This document shows, one piece after another, positions 28,019 through 41,356 of a stretch of 64,000 nucleotides of DNA. Position numbers and translations under genes: made by a program. Source of the stretch: Harriotta raleighana (lineage: Eukaryota); contig JBNZDD010013714.1 of assembly GCA_050575255.1 (NCBI GenBank), positions 5,749,817 to 5,813,816 on the forward strand. The letters run 5' to 3'. Below the pieces are notes generated by a model, which searched no databases, had not been told where the DNA came from, and worked only from the letters and a program-made list of their open reading frames with translations. Within the stretch, counting starts at the first letter, position 1, and each line of letters starts with the position of its first letter.

Positions 28019-28270
28019 ACATTCCACACTCCAAGCCTTGGGGATGAGGAATTTGAGATTCCACCCATTACCCCACCGCCAGAATCAGACCCCACTCTGG
28101 GACTAACAGATGTGGTGTCAGCTTTTCAAGGCCTTAATGATCCACTGCCGTCACAGGGAAATGAATTCACACCCCACTTTCCTCCACAAAGCCTGGATCT
28201 GCCTTCCATCACAATATCCAGAAGTATTATGGACCAAGATGGTGGACTCCTGAACAATGGCTTGTCTGTG
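28019..28270 (+). CDS. TOX3: TOX3 exon 3 (252 nt; [25 protein letters not shown]...NNGLSV)
   Basis: Acceptor ctttccctgtctttag, donor GTG|gtaggt, 84 codons. Carries the TOX-family motif [17 protein letters not shown] and TOX3-type [15 protein letters not shown]. Confidence 0.97.
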
Positions 28271-28974
28271 GTAGGTGGCACTTGCTTACATTGCCTATAT
28301 AACAACAGCTTTTTTATTTTGAGCACAGATGAGGCATGGCTTTGAATCCATTTGATTATAATTTCTTTAAACGTTGAAAGGCAGCCGTACTTAATACTGA
28401 GGTATTTATTGAAATAACATCTGTACACAACTATTTCTGCAATACTCCCAACAATCCACATCTTCACCATACAAGTACTTCCTACTGTCTTTTCTAAGAC
28501 ATATAATGCTAAGTACCTGTTGATTTATTCCTAACCTTTCCTCATCAGAAATTTGACAGACACATAAGTTAAGTCAAAAATGACAAATTATAAATAGCCC
28601 ATCATTCCTTAAACTCACATATGTACACAATCATCCTTTTACTGTTAATGAGAAGTTTGATTTGCTTGATGAGGAGACACTGATATTCTACAAACGTCTT
28701 GTGTATACCTTCACCCAGATAGAGTGGAAATGACGTTCATGCAGTGAGTGACTCTGCAAAGATGTTTCTTGGCAGCCAAATGAGACGTTTTGACATGATA
28801 AAGTGGTACTGTATATCAAATGCAAGCACGGCAGTATTTAAAATGAGCTTTGGAAAAATAAAGGTAACAATTGTGACCTTGAAATTTTGGAACTTTTGAT
28901 CGAAGTCACAAATATAGGCCTTCTTAGAATTCTGCCACCCGTAAACTCACCTGCTCTAAACATCAAATCTTCCA

Positions 28975-29390
28975 TTGGACCAATTCTCACCAGGCTTCAC
29001 TGGCTCCCTATCACAAAATGGATGACTTCAAGTTCCTCACACTTGTCTATAAATCCCTTTACATCCTGTTACCTTTGTACCTCTCCAACTCGCTTATTCC
29101 CTATTCTACCACCTGCTGCCTCTGCTCGCCTGACTCCAGCCTCCTGCTTGTCCCTCATGCCCTCCACTTGACAATTGGAGTCCTTGCTTTCACCCACTAT
29201 GCCCCAAAATTTTGGAACTATATCAATCCCAATCCTGCCCCCTTTCAAATTACCCTTGATTACTCTTCTCTTCGACCATGCTTACGGACACTTCCTCCCT
29301 AGGCTCAGTGTCAGGCTCCGCCATTGTTAAGCGCTCCTAGATGCTAGCCTGCATGAAGGATGCTAAATAAATGGAAGTTGTTGTTGTTGT
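28975..29390 (+). mobile_element. L2-clade LINE 3' fragment (decayed ORF2 C-terminus plus (GTT)n tail)
   Basis: PILTRLHWLPI / FKFLTLVYKSL...YLSNSL...LLLVP...IGVLAFTHYAPKFWN across a frameshift, typical of the L2 ORF2 end. Confidence 0.85.
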
Positions 29391-29976
29391 AAACCTTAAT
29401 TTTTCTTGCTGTCTTTTAATAGCAGGTGAGAACCATGAAAACGTTGATCAGAATTCAGTTGGGTCATCACAAATGTGTTTTGCTGAGGAACAAGTGTAGG
29501 CAATTCAGACCATCTAGCCTACTTCACTGTTTCCTTAGATTATATGGTTAATTTGTAACTCAATACCGTTTACCTAGCTTTCATCCCAATAGCCCTACTC
29601 ACTACTGATTCTGTATTAGCAGTCCTTTGGGACAGTGATTTCCACAAACCACAACTCTTGAGTAAAGAACTGTCCTTGTCATCTTTCAATGCTAACGGAT
29701 CTACCTCATTTAGAGGATTTAGAGGATGCTCTCTTAATCTGGATTCCATAGACTACAGGAAATGGTATCTCCTTATCTGTTTACTGCAACAAGCACAACA
29801 GTAAGAGAACACGTATTACTTTCTGCCGTCCAAGACCACAGTAGACAGTGACTGATTTTCCGTTGGTTTGCTGTGTGTATGAAGGTAACTTTAGCCTTCC
29901 TGAAGAGATCTGTTGTTCAAATAACAACTTTCAAATTCTAAATACAGTATCTTGTATTAATGCAGAAACATCAATA

Positions 29977-30623
29977 CAGTAAAAACCCGTTTATCCGGCA
30001 CCCACGGGACCTGACCAGTGTCGGTTAAACGGTTTTCCGTTTGAACGTTTTTAAAATAAAATATTTTTGAAAAAGAAAATTTTAAATTATTTTAACACAT
30101 TCCATAATAATAATAGACTAAATAATAACAGATAATAATATTGTATGGGTATTTTATTGTAAATGTTGTACACTGTACATATAAATAATAGAGTAAATAC
30201 AGTAATAACGGATACTGTAATAACAGAATATTGTGTGGCTACTTTATTGTAAATGTTGAACAATACTATATAAATAATCGACTAAATACAGTAATAACAG
30301 ATACTCTAATAACAGAATATTGTATTAGTATTTTATTATTTATACCTAACTTTGCAATGTGGCCCCCACAGAGGAAAACAAAACGGCAGCTCGACTTTTA
30401 AAAACAACGGCAGTAGCGCAATTTTTTTTTAAATGGCAGTAGCGCGACTTTAAGCTGACTAGTGGCCAGCCAATATACCTGCACCAGTAATCACGTGCAA
30501 CAATCGATTCATTAAATCGTCATCACTATTCTGCCGGATAATTTCCAGATTATCAAATCGGGACTTTTTTTGAGGTACCGGTTCAACGGATTTTCTGGTT
30601 CCTCGATAAATGGGCTTTTACTG
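29977..30623. mobile_element. 647-bp non-autonomous Tc1/mariner-pogo (Tigger-like) element / MITE
   Basis: Left TIR CAGTAAAAACCCGTTTATC; right end GATAAATGGGCTTTTACTG (reverse complement CAGTAAAAGCCCATTTATC, 17/19). TA flanks both ends. No transposase ORF. Confidence 0.88.
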
Positions 30624-32519
30624 TATAACCAATTTGTTGCTGTCCTTTACCAAAGGCCAGGCAATGCACAAGTGCAGATGTGGCATCTTACCATTCAGTG
30701 TATTTTTAACTACCGTTTTGATGTTTGCAGAGATTATCACACACAAGCTGGTGAGAGAGGATTGAGAGACAGGTGTAGGGCGAGTGCATACACAAGAACA
30801 GGTGTTTAAATGGAGGCCGAGCCTTGCAGATAAAATGCAACACAGCTGCTTCAGGGATGCAGAATTCTTAGAAACTCATACTTTTAGACAAGCTGTGAAA
30901 TGTTTACACAGCATTCATTAAACCTTTTGAGTTACCAAACACTGTAATCCGCTTTCTTGAATGCAGAAGAATCCAATTTATGGCATCTTTCTGTATTTGT
31001 GCTTCGGCCTATGTTATGCTGGCCAAAACAGTAATTTTGCTATTTTTATTGACAGAATTATAAATCATCCTAGAAAACCAAAATAGCGAGCGTCCAAGAG
31101 CCCAATTGTTAATATTTTTTTAAAAAAAATTATTGTGGAAAAACACAAGTCCTCAATGTTACTTTTTTTTGCATACCTGCATAACTTGCTGTGTGATAAT
31201 TTGAATTATTAGCACCAATAGAGAAAGGAGGCAAGTGAATGGATGGGTGGGAATGAACTTAGGGTACCATTGCTCGTAGCATGCAAAAAGAGCCATGTCA
31301 AACTTTTTAAACAAGTTTCAATCTTTACAGGACATTTGCGACTTTTTCTTTCATATATAAAAAAATTGCGGTCATGGATTCCTTGCATTTCCTGACTCCC
31401 TGTGGTAGGATAATCTTACCTACACTCCTGTTAACAATTGTGCTCCAGGCGTATATCTTTCTCTGGGAGACAGGTGAGGTAGAACAGGCAGGAAGGTAAC
31501 TTTATGTGCTATGTTCAATTATCCTTCTTAATGGGTTGAATTAAGAGCCTCTGCTGCTATCTTCATGATGGAAGACAGTATGGATAAAGAGAAGGGGGAG
31601 AAAATGGGGAATGTTACATCCGATACAAACACACTTGTGCACACGTACTCATCATCCTTACCTGCTCAACCACAGAATGTAAAATGCCAAAGGGTTATAT
31701 TAAAATAGGTTATGTCCCTATTTTTATTTCTCCCTTAAGAAGGAAACTGGTGGGTTTCAATGATGCAGCACTGATACATCACCTTTCCATTTCCCTAAGG
31801 TAATGCACGGAAATATAGAGTATGCCAGGCCACAAAGCAGGTTTTCTTGTTTAAAAGAATGTATCCGCTCTCATCTGGATTTGCAAAATACTGTAGTGGA
31901 AGCATTATTAGACACAGGACTGGATAAAATGAAATTACTTATGGATCCTCAATTAAAAGGAATAATGGTTTTCCTTAGAGGCAGCATACAGTGCACCATT
32001 CACTCATTTTTCCATTAAACGACTCAGACATAGATATTTTTAGTTTATGGAGAGTGGAGCTTTATACCACAAGGATATAATTTACCTTTCAGGCATTAAG
32101 CACTTTTCCTGCTTTATATGAGATTTTCAGTATTTGCTCATTGCATGATTGACACATTCTGCTGGAAGGAAGTACATGTATTTTGCTTTCAAGACTGACA
32201 ATGAAACGATTCAATTCTGTAGAAGTAATAACTGTTGAGCAAATTTATTATACACTAAAATGGGAAACTAATTTTTGCAGACTGATTCAAGCTAGACACT
32301 AATTGGATGGATATATGGCTAACTTGGGCTATGTTTTACAGATATGTCTCAGATCTTTATATTCCTTTAGCTTCTATGAGTTTGGACTGATTGCATTAAC
32401 AACAAACAAAGGCAATGTTTAAGCTTCTTTTTGGTCACAAATAGTAGTTAACAGACATAGTTGGTCTGCTAGTTAACAATTATGTTTAAAATAGTCATAT
32501 TCTACCCATTGCCCTGAAA

Positions 32520-32625
32520 CAACAACAACAACCTTGATTTATATAGCGCCCTCCACGCCGGACGGCGTCTCAGAGAGCTTCACAATAATGGTTCCCAGGA
32601 CCGAGCCAGGGGCAGGGGTAGAAAG
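32520..32625 (-). mobile_element. L2-type 3' end, reverse orientation
   Basis: Its reverse complement aligns over its length with 25427-25538. Confidence 0.8.
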
Positions 32626-35600
32626 TCCTGTATTCTACAATTCAAAATCAGTTTAGACAAACTGGTCTCAAAATGTTTTACTGGATATGCTGCTAGTGTG
32701 GTGACTGTGTATTTTGTGGGTGAACTCCTATAACTGTGAACAATACAAACATGAACACAATTGCAATAGAGCTATTTTAACATTGAGATTATAATAGACC
32801 CCATTTGGATATTTTCATAGAAAACTGTAAACTTGACTTGAGTTGGTAGTTGTCTTGCTTCTGAAGCAGAAGGTTGTGGGTTCAAACCTCACTTTAGCAC
32901 TTTGAGTTGAGAGTCTAGATTTACACACCAATGTAATGCTGGGAAAGGGTTTGGGGGCTAACAATTCTTCATGTTTTAAAAAAAGTTATACTTATTGACG
33001 AATTATGAGACACAGTGTGCAAATTGTCTGCTTCATTCCTTTATAAAATATATAGTTGTTTCATTTAAAAGTAAATTCCTCGGAAACTGGAACTTTGAGA
33101 TATTTTAACATGATAAGGAACTGTATCAAAAGCTATTACAGTATTGTTATTATTATCTCAAGCAGATGTTTTCATCAGGTGAAGGATGACATGATCCATT
33201 CATCCTCTGGGCCTATAAGGTTTTGAAATGACCAAAATATAAAGCAACTAGAGACACAAACTACACTGTACAAGGCGTTCTTTGTTCCCACAGAGACTAA
33301 TGCCATCTATTGCCTTGATACAATGGAATTTAATTCCCTCAATCCCCAGTGACATAACAGTGCTAAAAGAAAATCCTGGAGCAAGATTCCATTGGAAGAT
33401 TTTGCATCAAAGACCATAAAAACATCACTAGCTGATTTACACTATAAATGTAAATAGGATTCTTGTACACCAACAACCTTCATCTATATAGTGCCCTTCG
33501 TGTAGGGTAATGTCTCGGAGTGCTTTACAAAGAGGACGATGACAATAACTTGCATTTACATAGCGCCCTACACACAGGATGGCATCTTGGTGCGCTGACG
33601 TGGTTGGTTGCTGAGCCAGGGAGAGGAGAGAGAGCGGGGCTGACCATAGGCACGTTCGAAGAGGTAGGTTTTAGGCAGGATTTAGACAGAGTACGGGCAA
33701 AGTGGAGGCATAGATATAGGGAGTGTCAGAGGTTAGGGCTTAAAATCTAGAAGTGAATTTCAGGCAGTAGTCTAGTCTACGATTCTGATGATGAGTTAAA
33801 CCACTTGGACTTCAATTGCTGACATGTAAACCCTGGCTTGGATGACAGGCATCTATTGTCCTCTGAGCGCACAGTGTATAACAGAACACGTGATTTCTCA
33901 TGTTTGACAAATCTGTACACTGACCTTTCCTGATGATCAATTTTGAAAAATATATTTTGACCTGTTTAGAATGTCAGAAATAGCACAATTGTACAATTAA
34001 TGGTCTCAGTTTCAAGATTTTAAAACACTAAATCCATTATATGCTGTAATTTGTATTTTGGCAACAGTAAGCACTACGTTTAATTAAATTGAGCCCAATA
34101 ATAATCGTTACTATAATTATTCTTTACTTGGATTCTTATCCCAGATGCAAAGGGCAATGTCATATTGTTGCCAAAATCTGATGCACGAACTCTGCAGCAG
34201 TCTTGTACTTTCACCAAGTGACCATTTCTCTGGGTTCAAACTCCAGTAGACAAATGTTGAAAGAGTCCAGGTCAGTATTTGGGATTTAATAGTGGTTTAT
34301 TCCCTCTCTCCAAGGGGAGGAGCAATGGAAAGCTTAGGCTCCCTTATGCTGCTTATTGTCTCATCAAAACCTTACCAGCCACATCAATAGTACACAATGT
34401 ACACCTGAGCGGGAGGTAAGACTACAGGATTATACACTTCCAGGAGTCGATACCCATTTGCTATCCACCTGCTCATAGTACAGTTTATAATCTTGGTAGA
34501 TCTTAGGATATAGTTGAAACATTATTCAGGCCTCCGAGTTCTTCTAGACTCTGCCAAAAAGGCTGTGATGTTCTCCATGGCTTTCTCCGCCCTGTGTAGA
34601 GAAATGCCACTTGCAGCCTAATTGGCCCTAACACGTTTGACAGAAGCCTGTCTTTTTGAGTGTCTTTGTTCAAAGTGGCAAACTGTGTCTGGGAAAATGC
34701 TGCGGTTTAGAGCATTAGGCAATAGCCCTAGTGTACTTGATGGGAAGGAAACACTTCAAAGCAAAAACAACACAACAAAATTACATTTATATGGTGCCTT
34801 TCACATCAGGAGGACGTCCTAAGGTGCTGGAGTGTCAGTATTTCAGACCTGACCTGGGGTCAGGATTGGGGAAGGAAAGGAGGGGAAGTGGGGTGTAACT
34901 AGTGGCATGGTTGAAGAGGAGGGTCTTGAGGACTATAAGTCAGAGATAAGTTGAACCATTCTTTTGTATGCTGAACAGTGAACCTGGGTGGAAACATGGC
35001 TGAATTCTTCCCTTCTCTCTTTGCAGGCATTACAACTAATTGTAGTTGCTTTGATTTCTTCCCAGCTGAGATCAAGCCAGTGACCTTCTGGGTCAAAAGG
35101 TTTAGTGCTACTCCCATCAGTGATTTCATCCACTGAAACAATTGGACAAGAGAAACGGGGAAAGGCCATTATAATGCAGCTGATTTGGTTCAATATCTCA
35201 GTGGGTTCATTATGAGTGATGCGCATGTAAAACAAAACTGGCTATGTTGTCAGGTTGCCCCTGAATTTACTTCCTGTGTCCTGTGTAAGTGTGCTATACA
35301 CAGGAAACATCACTTATGATTGTGTGTGAAATAGAAGTGGCAACAATGATCCTTCCTGCACAGACTATATGTGTGTGTGTATATGCAGAGCGCAGGAACT
35401 GATGTCAGTGGTGACCTGCCTTTGCAGAAGTCAGTAATTTTTTTTAGTGTGTGAAGCTGGTTAGTCACAACAGAATCTAGACACACTGCACGTCCGATTT
35501 GTGTGGGCGCACAGGAGGCCCACGTTATAAGCAGAACAGCGTTATATTGAAGGGCATTATAACAGGGTTCCCTGTGTTTCATTTGAAACCGTGGCGAGTG

Positions 35601-35683
35601 GTTTAGCAGATTCCCTTAGCACCTCTCCACAATCTGTCCAGCCCACTGAGTAGCAATGACTTCTGTAGTACATCAGTTTCAGA

Positions 35684-35871
35684 NNNNNNNNNNNNNNNNN
35701 NNNNNNNNNNNNNNNNNNNNNNNNNNNNNNNNNNNNNNNNNNNNNNNNNNNNNNNNNNNNNNNNNNNNNNNNNNNNNNNNNNNNNNNNNNNNNNNNNNNN
35801 NNNNNNNNNNNNNNNNNNNNNNNNNNNNNNNNNNNNNNNNNNNNNNNNNNNNNNNNNNNNNNNNNNNNNNN
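35684..35871. other. Assembly gap (188 N)
   Basis: Run of N. Confidence 1.
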
Positions 35872-38800
35872 CACAGTGCACCGCAGAAAAATCCTCGGCC
35901 CTAGAGACTTCAGGGAAAACAGCTGAGCGATTTATCTCCGCACTATTATAGGCTTTGGTAGCATTCAAAATTTCATTTTTCTCATTTGGTTTAAGAGCTT
36001 AATTCTGCAGGTAGTTGTGAATGAGAAAATAAAACACAGTTCACATTTAAATTGACAGAACAGGAGTATGTGCAGAGGGCTGATAAAATGTCTGAATAGA
36101 GCTGACCTTTCATGTTGGTGAAAGTTGCTGGGGGATTCATCCTCATAATTACCATATAGATTATTTTATTCCTCTTCTGCAATGAAACATTTCAGAGAGC
36201 ACTACTGCTGATTGAATGAAAATTGAACTTGTTAACAGTCTTTCCAGCTTTGACTTGGAAGTGCTAGAGGACTTTGCTGTATGTTATGTAAGGTTAGTTT
36301 TAATGAATTCTGATATTAACTCTGAAAGAACAGTGAATGTCAGAGTGAAATGCATCATCCCACAGTCCTCATTTATTATTCAGCTAATGCAGTAGATTTC
36401 ACTGAAGTGTATATAGTGTACTATTAAGTGTGTAATTTACTGAAGTGTATACAGTTTCAGAGTACCAGCTCGTTTCCACACCTACTGGAATTAGCCCAGT
36501 TCATTGTTTATTTATGAGTTTGTATTCCTTTTAAGTGACAAGATTCAACTGAGATTCAAAACGATAACTGGTCTTAAAATGAAGCTCAAATCTTTGGTGA
36601 TATCGAGGTTTTAAAATGAGATTTCCCATTATGGTGGCTCACAGCCTGGTAATGCTGACTGGAATTTGTACCAGTTTGCGCTTAAAGGCAAGAGTACCGA
36701 GGTTGTGCTGATTTCAAAGAGGAATTTTTATTATTATGAATTGCAAATGGGAATTCCTCCTTGTAGCCATAAATACACTACCCAGAAAATTGGTTGCAAT
36801 CTCTGAAAGTATGAATCAATGCTTATTTCATTAATCAATAGTTACAAAAGACCATTGTGTAGGAAACATATTGAAATCTAATTAGACCTTTGTGACAATC
36901 CCGATCCTCAATGTTGAATTACATTTTCCTTAAAAAATCATTTGTAAAAATTGATCTAAGGGAAGCATTTGTCTGTAAACATTACTTCATTGCAAACAAT
37001 CATATTTAACGACTTATTTTTGTGATTTCTCAGACAATTTAACTTTGAGTAGTAGAAGAAGTAATTTTTCAGCCTTCATTTTGAAAACATTACAAGTACC
37101 TCCAAACAAATCCACGTTTTTAATCAATTGAATGAATTAACAATCTTGTTTTCCAGAGCTGCAAGTGAAATAGCACTTTTATGGACCATTAAAATGCTTA
37201 ATGTCCGGAACGTTTGGTTCTTTTGGACAAAGTGTTCACTCCACAGCTGTTGATTTCCTCTTTACAAAAGACATTACTTTACCTATGGAATTTTCCATTA
37301 TAGCAAAAATAACTTTACAAATGAAACACAATGGCCTGTTGGAAAGTCAATATGATTCAGCAAGCAGTAATTGAGAAAGTTTCCGTAAATTTGATGTTTA
37401 AGCAAATGAGTTTCTATGATGAAAATAAACGTGTCTCTGCGATGCACAGTCATCAGTGGTCACAAGACATCAAGTAAAACAAATTGCCTTTGGTGTAGGA
37501 GTTAAAGAACAGGAGGTTTTGAGTTATAAAGAGCTGATGGAAATTTACCAAGACAGTGATTATCTCCCTGCTCTTCAGAATGGGTTATAATTAGAGCTCA
37601 CTTTTATCCCTTTAAAAAATATGCATTTGTTTTCCTTAGTTGGCATTTAATTCCACCCCCACCCCAGCAGATTCAAAATGGAACCAGGAACCCGATTGAT
37701 AAGTTCCTTAATGATTTTTGTGTCAGCTCTCACATTTTGCAAGGGTTGCTTTGGTTACATTTTTAAAATTTGTGGCACCTTTTGTGTTTAATCCGAAGAA
37801 CTGGCCTGTGATTTGCTTTGCCTGTCAGTTTGTTTTGCCACACAAACGTGACATGAGCTATTTCAATGGCCTCAGAGCATTATTTTTCTCGATTCTGTCA
37901 ACATTTTTTTAATATAGCATTTTAGCTGGTGCAGATAGCAATAAAGACTTTCACTCACAATATCGTTCATTTGGAAAATGGTTTGCATCTGAGTGTATTT
38001 GTAGTTCCCATTGTTGAAGTTTAACAGTGTATGAATCGATTGTTATAGCACAAGCACCCTCATACAATGCTTTCAGTTCCAACACAATCTCTATGATGAG
38101 GCTATTGCATCTTGACTCCCCATATTTCCATACTTCATTTAATGCTGTTTGATGTTATGAGACATTCTCTATAGCATGCATCTCATTACAAGACAAAAAG
38201 GTTGATTTACAAGGACTGTGCTATTATAAGAAAGCAGCATAATAATGGCGCATGATTATGGGGCTGTTAAATCCCATTGTTTCCAGTTATCCAAAAATTG
38301 ACCACAAACAATCTAAACTGACTGATAGTGAATGTCCCTTAATCAGAGTGTTGGGTTTTTCAATCTCTCGCTGTAATTCATGCCAGAAGGCTACACTGGG
38401 AATTCAAAGATTTAATAGCCCATTAAAGGCATATCTTTCACTCACAAAGAATAGACATATATAGATATGGGTAAAAGTAAATGGACTGTAGGCCACTTAC
38501 TTTATTGTGCTGGAGCCTATGGTGATACGTTTATATAGCGTTCCTCACCCATGCTTGGATTACAAAGGAAGGTGAATTTCTTTTAGGCTTGAATATTGGT
38601 CAATACTTGGACTCAACCTTATCAGGGATGACTGTGCTGAGATCTGGCCTTAGGGAATGGAATATTTTCCAGTTTTTTGCATATATATCAGAGTTTATTT
38701 TTAAGATTCGCAAACCAATTTGCAGCCAAAGGAGGATCCAGACTTCCCATTTACAAATCCTTTTGCAATTGTCATTCACCCAACCACATAATACACTTTT

Positions 38801-39515
38801 CTTGTATGAGTATCTTCAACCTCTTTGAAGGTCTCTTTGATTGAGTAACGAGTTCAGTTCCAATTAATTTCAATTAATTATGTCAGTTTTTGTGATTATG
38901 GTTTACTCACATTAGAACTAGTGGGAGATTACTTAGTGGCAGAGAGAAATAGGAAAGTTTCATCCTATTGTCCTGTCTATCATTGAAACTGGACTCTTCG
39001 AGAAGGAAGGATACATGCTAACACATCAAAACTTGTTTATTTGGCAAGTAAAACGGCTACACTTGGCCCAGAATACTAAAAACGATAATCCAAAGTGATT
39101 TAACCTGATTTGTTGGTGCTATACTTGTAATAGATAGCTAGACATGGCATGTTACAAACATCTCCCTTGACAAAGTAGACCTAACTACAGTAACAAATGT
39201 TTACGTCAATTATTTGGTGTTCAACCAGCTTTACTTTTGTATACCATGAGTGTACCAGTTAAAGATGCAGTTTTAATACCAGAAATATCGTGGGACCAGC
39301 AGTAATGCATGAGAGAGATGGCTACTTCTAGTGACTGGTCATTATTAACTCAGCATTGTTTGCGGAGATGCCCGTCTTCTCTCATCGCTGGGCCTGACAT
39401 TGTCGTCCAAATCTTAACAGTAGAAAGAAAGGGATGGTCTAAATCCCACTTCCTTAAGGTGTGTGCCAGTTCACCTTCTATTCTTGAATCGTGTTTTATT
39501 CTTGTTCTAACGCAG

Positions 39516-39785
39516 GACCTGGGTCAGACGCAAGTTTCCCAGTACCACCATGATCCTACCATGGGCATGAGGTCTGTTGTTCACTTGACCGATGTTAATC
39601 AAACAGGAAGGATGCAACACAGTCAGCTGACTACTATAAACCAATCTCAGCTGAGTGCACAGCTGGGGTTGACTTTAGGAGGTGCTAACATGCCACACAG
39701 TTCACCCTCACCCCCTGCTAGCAAGTCCGCTACCCCATCTCCTTCCAGCTCTGTAAATGACGATGATCCTGAGGAATTCAACAGG
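39516..39785 (+). CDS. TOX3: TOX3 exon 4 (270 nt; [10 protein letters not shown]...[15 protein letters not shown]...[17 protein letters not shown]...EEFNR)
   Basis: Acceptor ttctaacgcag, donor AGG|gtatgt, 90 codons. Conserved TOX motifs. Confidence 0.97.
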
Positions 39786-40595
39786 GTATGTTTGTTTGCT
39801 TACAGTCCTAACCATTGAAACACTAATTTTCTTTCAGTTCTTGTCATGTATTTATGTTTAAATGATAACAGTTACAGTTGACGTCCTTGTCACAATATTT
39901 GATGGTGATTGTTCTTACTCTTGCAGTGAACCATGCTGTTCTGCCTATTAAAAAGAGAAATATATTGTAGGTTGTAAGGGATAAATAAGGGATGGTTATT
40001 TTTCTGTTTTTCGACATGATCCGTTTTAAGAACTGGTACGGGTTTAGTGCAGATCAACTAAATTTCAAGGTCAACAAATCTCAAATCTCTCTTGGTCAGT
40101 TGTGATGAAAAAGTAAATGAACAGTTCCATCAAAATGTCACTGCTCACTTTTATGAGATAATTGTAATTTTTTGTTTACTTTGAGAGAGCGATATTTGAT
40201 TAACTAATCTGCCTTGATATGCCTTTATTCTGTCAAGCACTTTAGAGATTGTTTTAAAGCAATTTAGCTAATCCAGATCACGAAAAGACAGCTACATATT
40301 TGATTGCCTAGGGCTTTGATCTGCTGCTGCTAAATCCTTTATAATGCAAAAGTATACTCTGCGTTTAATGCTTAAAGACATTTGATGCATTGTCATATTT
40401 GATTCAGCTAAGAATAACTGTAGAAATGTTTGTACTTTCAATCTTATCCATGTTCTTAATGAGCTTAGACTTCTCAATGAATGATGACTTTTCAACACCA
40501 TTTATGTAAGGAATGTGCTCTATCCAATCTCTTGATTTTCAATCCCCTTGAAGTGAGCACTTGCTGTAACCAACTATAGACATACATGTATTTTT

Positions 40596-40616
40596 TATAT
40601 ATATATATATATATAT
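40596..40616. repeat. (TA)n microsatellite just upstream of the exon 5 acceptor
   Basis: Direct reading. Confidence 0.95.
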
Positions 40617-40632
40617 TTTGATTTTTTCACAG

Positions 40633-40860
40633 GTAAGTGTTGAAAAACGAGCTGCAGGGGATTCGGGGAAAAAACCGAAGACACCAAAGAAAAAGAAGAA
40701 GAAAGATCCCAACGAACCCCAGAAGCCGGTGTCAGCCTATGCGCTGTTCTTCAGGGACACTCAAGCTGCCATTAAAGGACAAAACACAAATGCTACATTT
40801 GGAGAAGTTTCTAAAATTGTGGCTTCCATGTGGGACAGTCTGGGAGAGGAACAAAAGCAG
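40633..40860 (+). CDS. TOX3: TOX3 exon 5 (228 nt; lysine-rich NLS and first part of the HMG box)
   Basis: [76 protein letters not shown]. Acceptor ttttttcacag, donor CAG|gtaaca. Confidence 0.98.
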
Positions 40861-41275
40861 GTAACACTGGCCAATACAATGACAAACCTTGAACTGAATC
40901 TGAGAACTATTGCTCACATGGATTTTGATGAAAAATATGAATGAACTGTCAACATTTTACTCAACTGCATAATGGTTTGTCCACTTTGAGACATCTCAAA
41001 GATGTGCTGAGGCACTATATCAAATGCAATCATATAATGGTATAATCCTATATTAAAAATAAAATTAATGGAAAACCAATGCACAAATTGGATGCTGAGT
41101 TCACCTACAAAAAACACAGTCACTACACTTTACAGTAAATCCTGTAAAGCATTTTGAGACGTCCTCCTAATGTGAACGTTGCTATATGAAATGCAAGGAG
41201 TATTATTATTGTTATATTTGGTTTGATTGCAATGCATTACATTTCAAAAATGAGAAATATCTATATTTTATCTAG

Positions 41276-41356
41276 GTCTACAAAAGGAAAACTGAAGCTG
41301 CCAAAAAAGAATACCTAAAAGCTCTTGCTGCTTACAGAGCCAGCCTTGTTTCAAAG
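41276..41356 (+). CDS. TOX3: TOX3 exon 6 (81 nt; end of HMG box, [27 protein letters not shown])
   Basis: Acceptor ttttatctag, donor AAG|gtagga, 27 codons matching TOX HMG helix 3. Below the ORF-track size cut-off. Confidence 0.98.

Noticed and set aside
35557-35968. ORFs crossing the N run
   Set aside because: They are artefacts of the 188-N gap.
39309-39515. 5' extension of the 169-aa ORF upstream of exon 4
   Set aside because: It is intronic open frame; TOX similarity begins at the acceptor at 39516.
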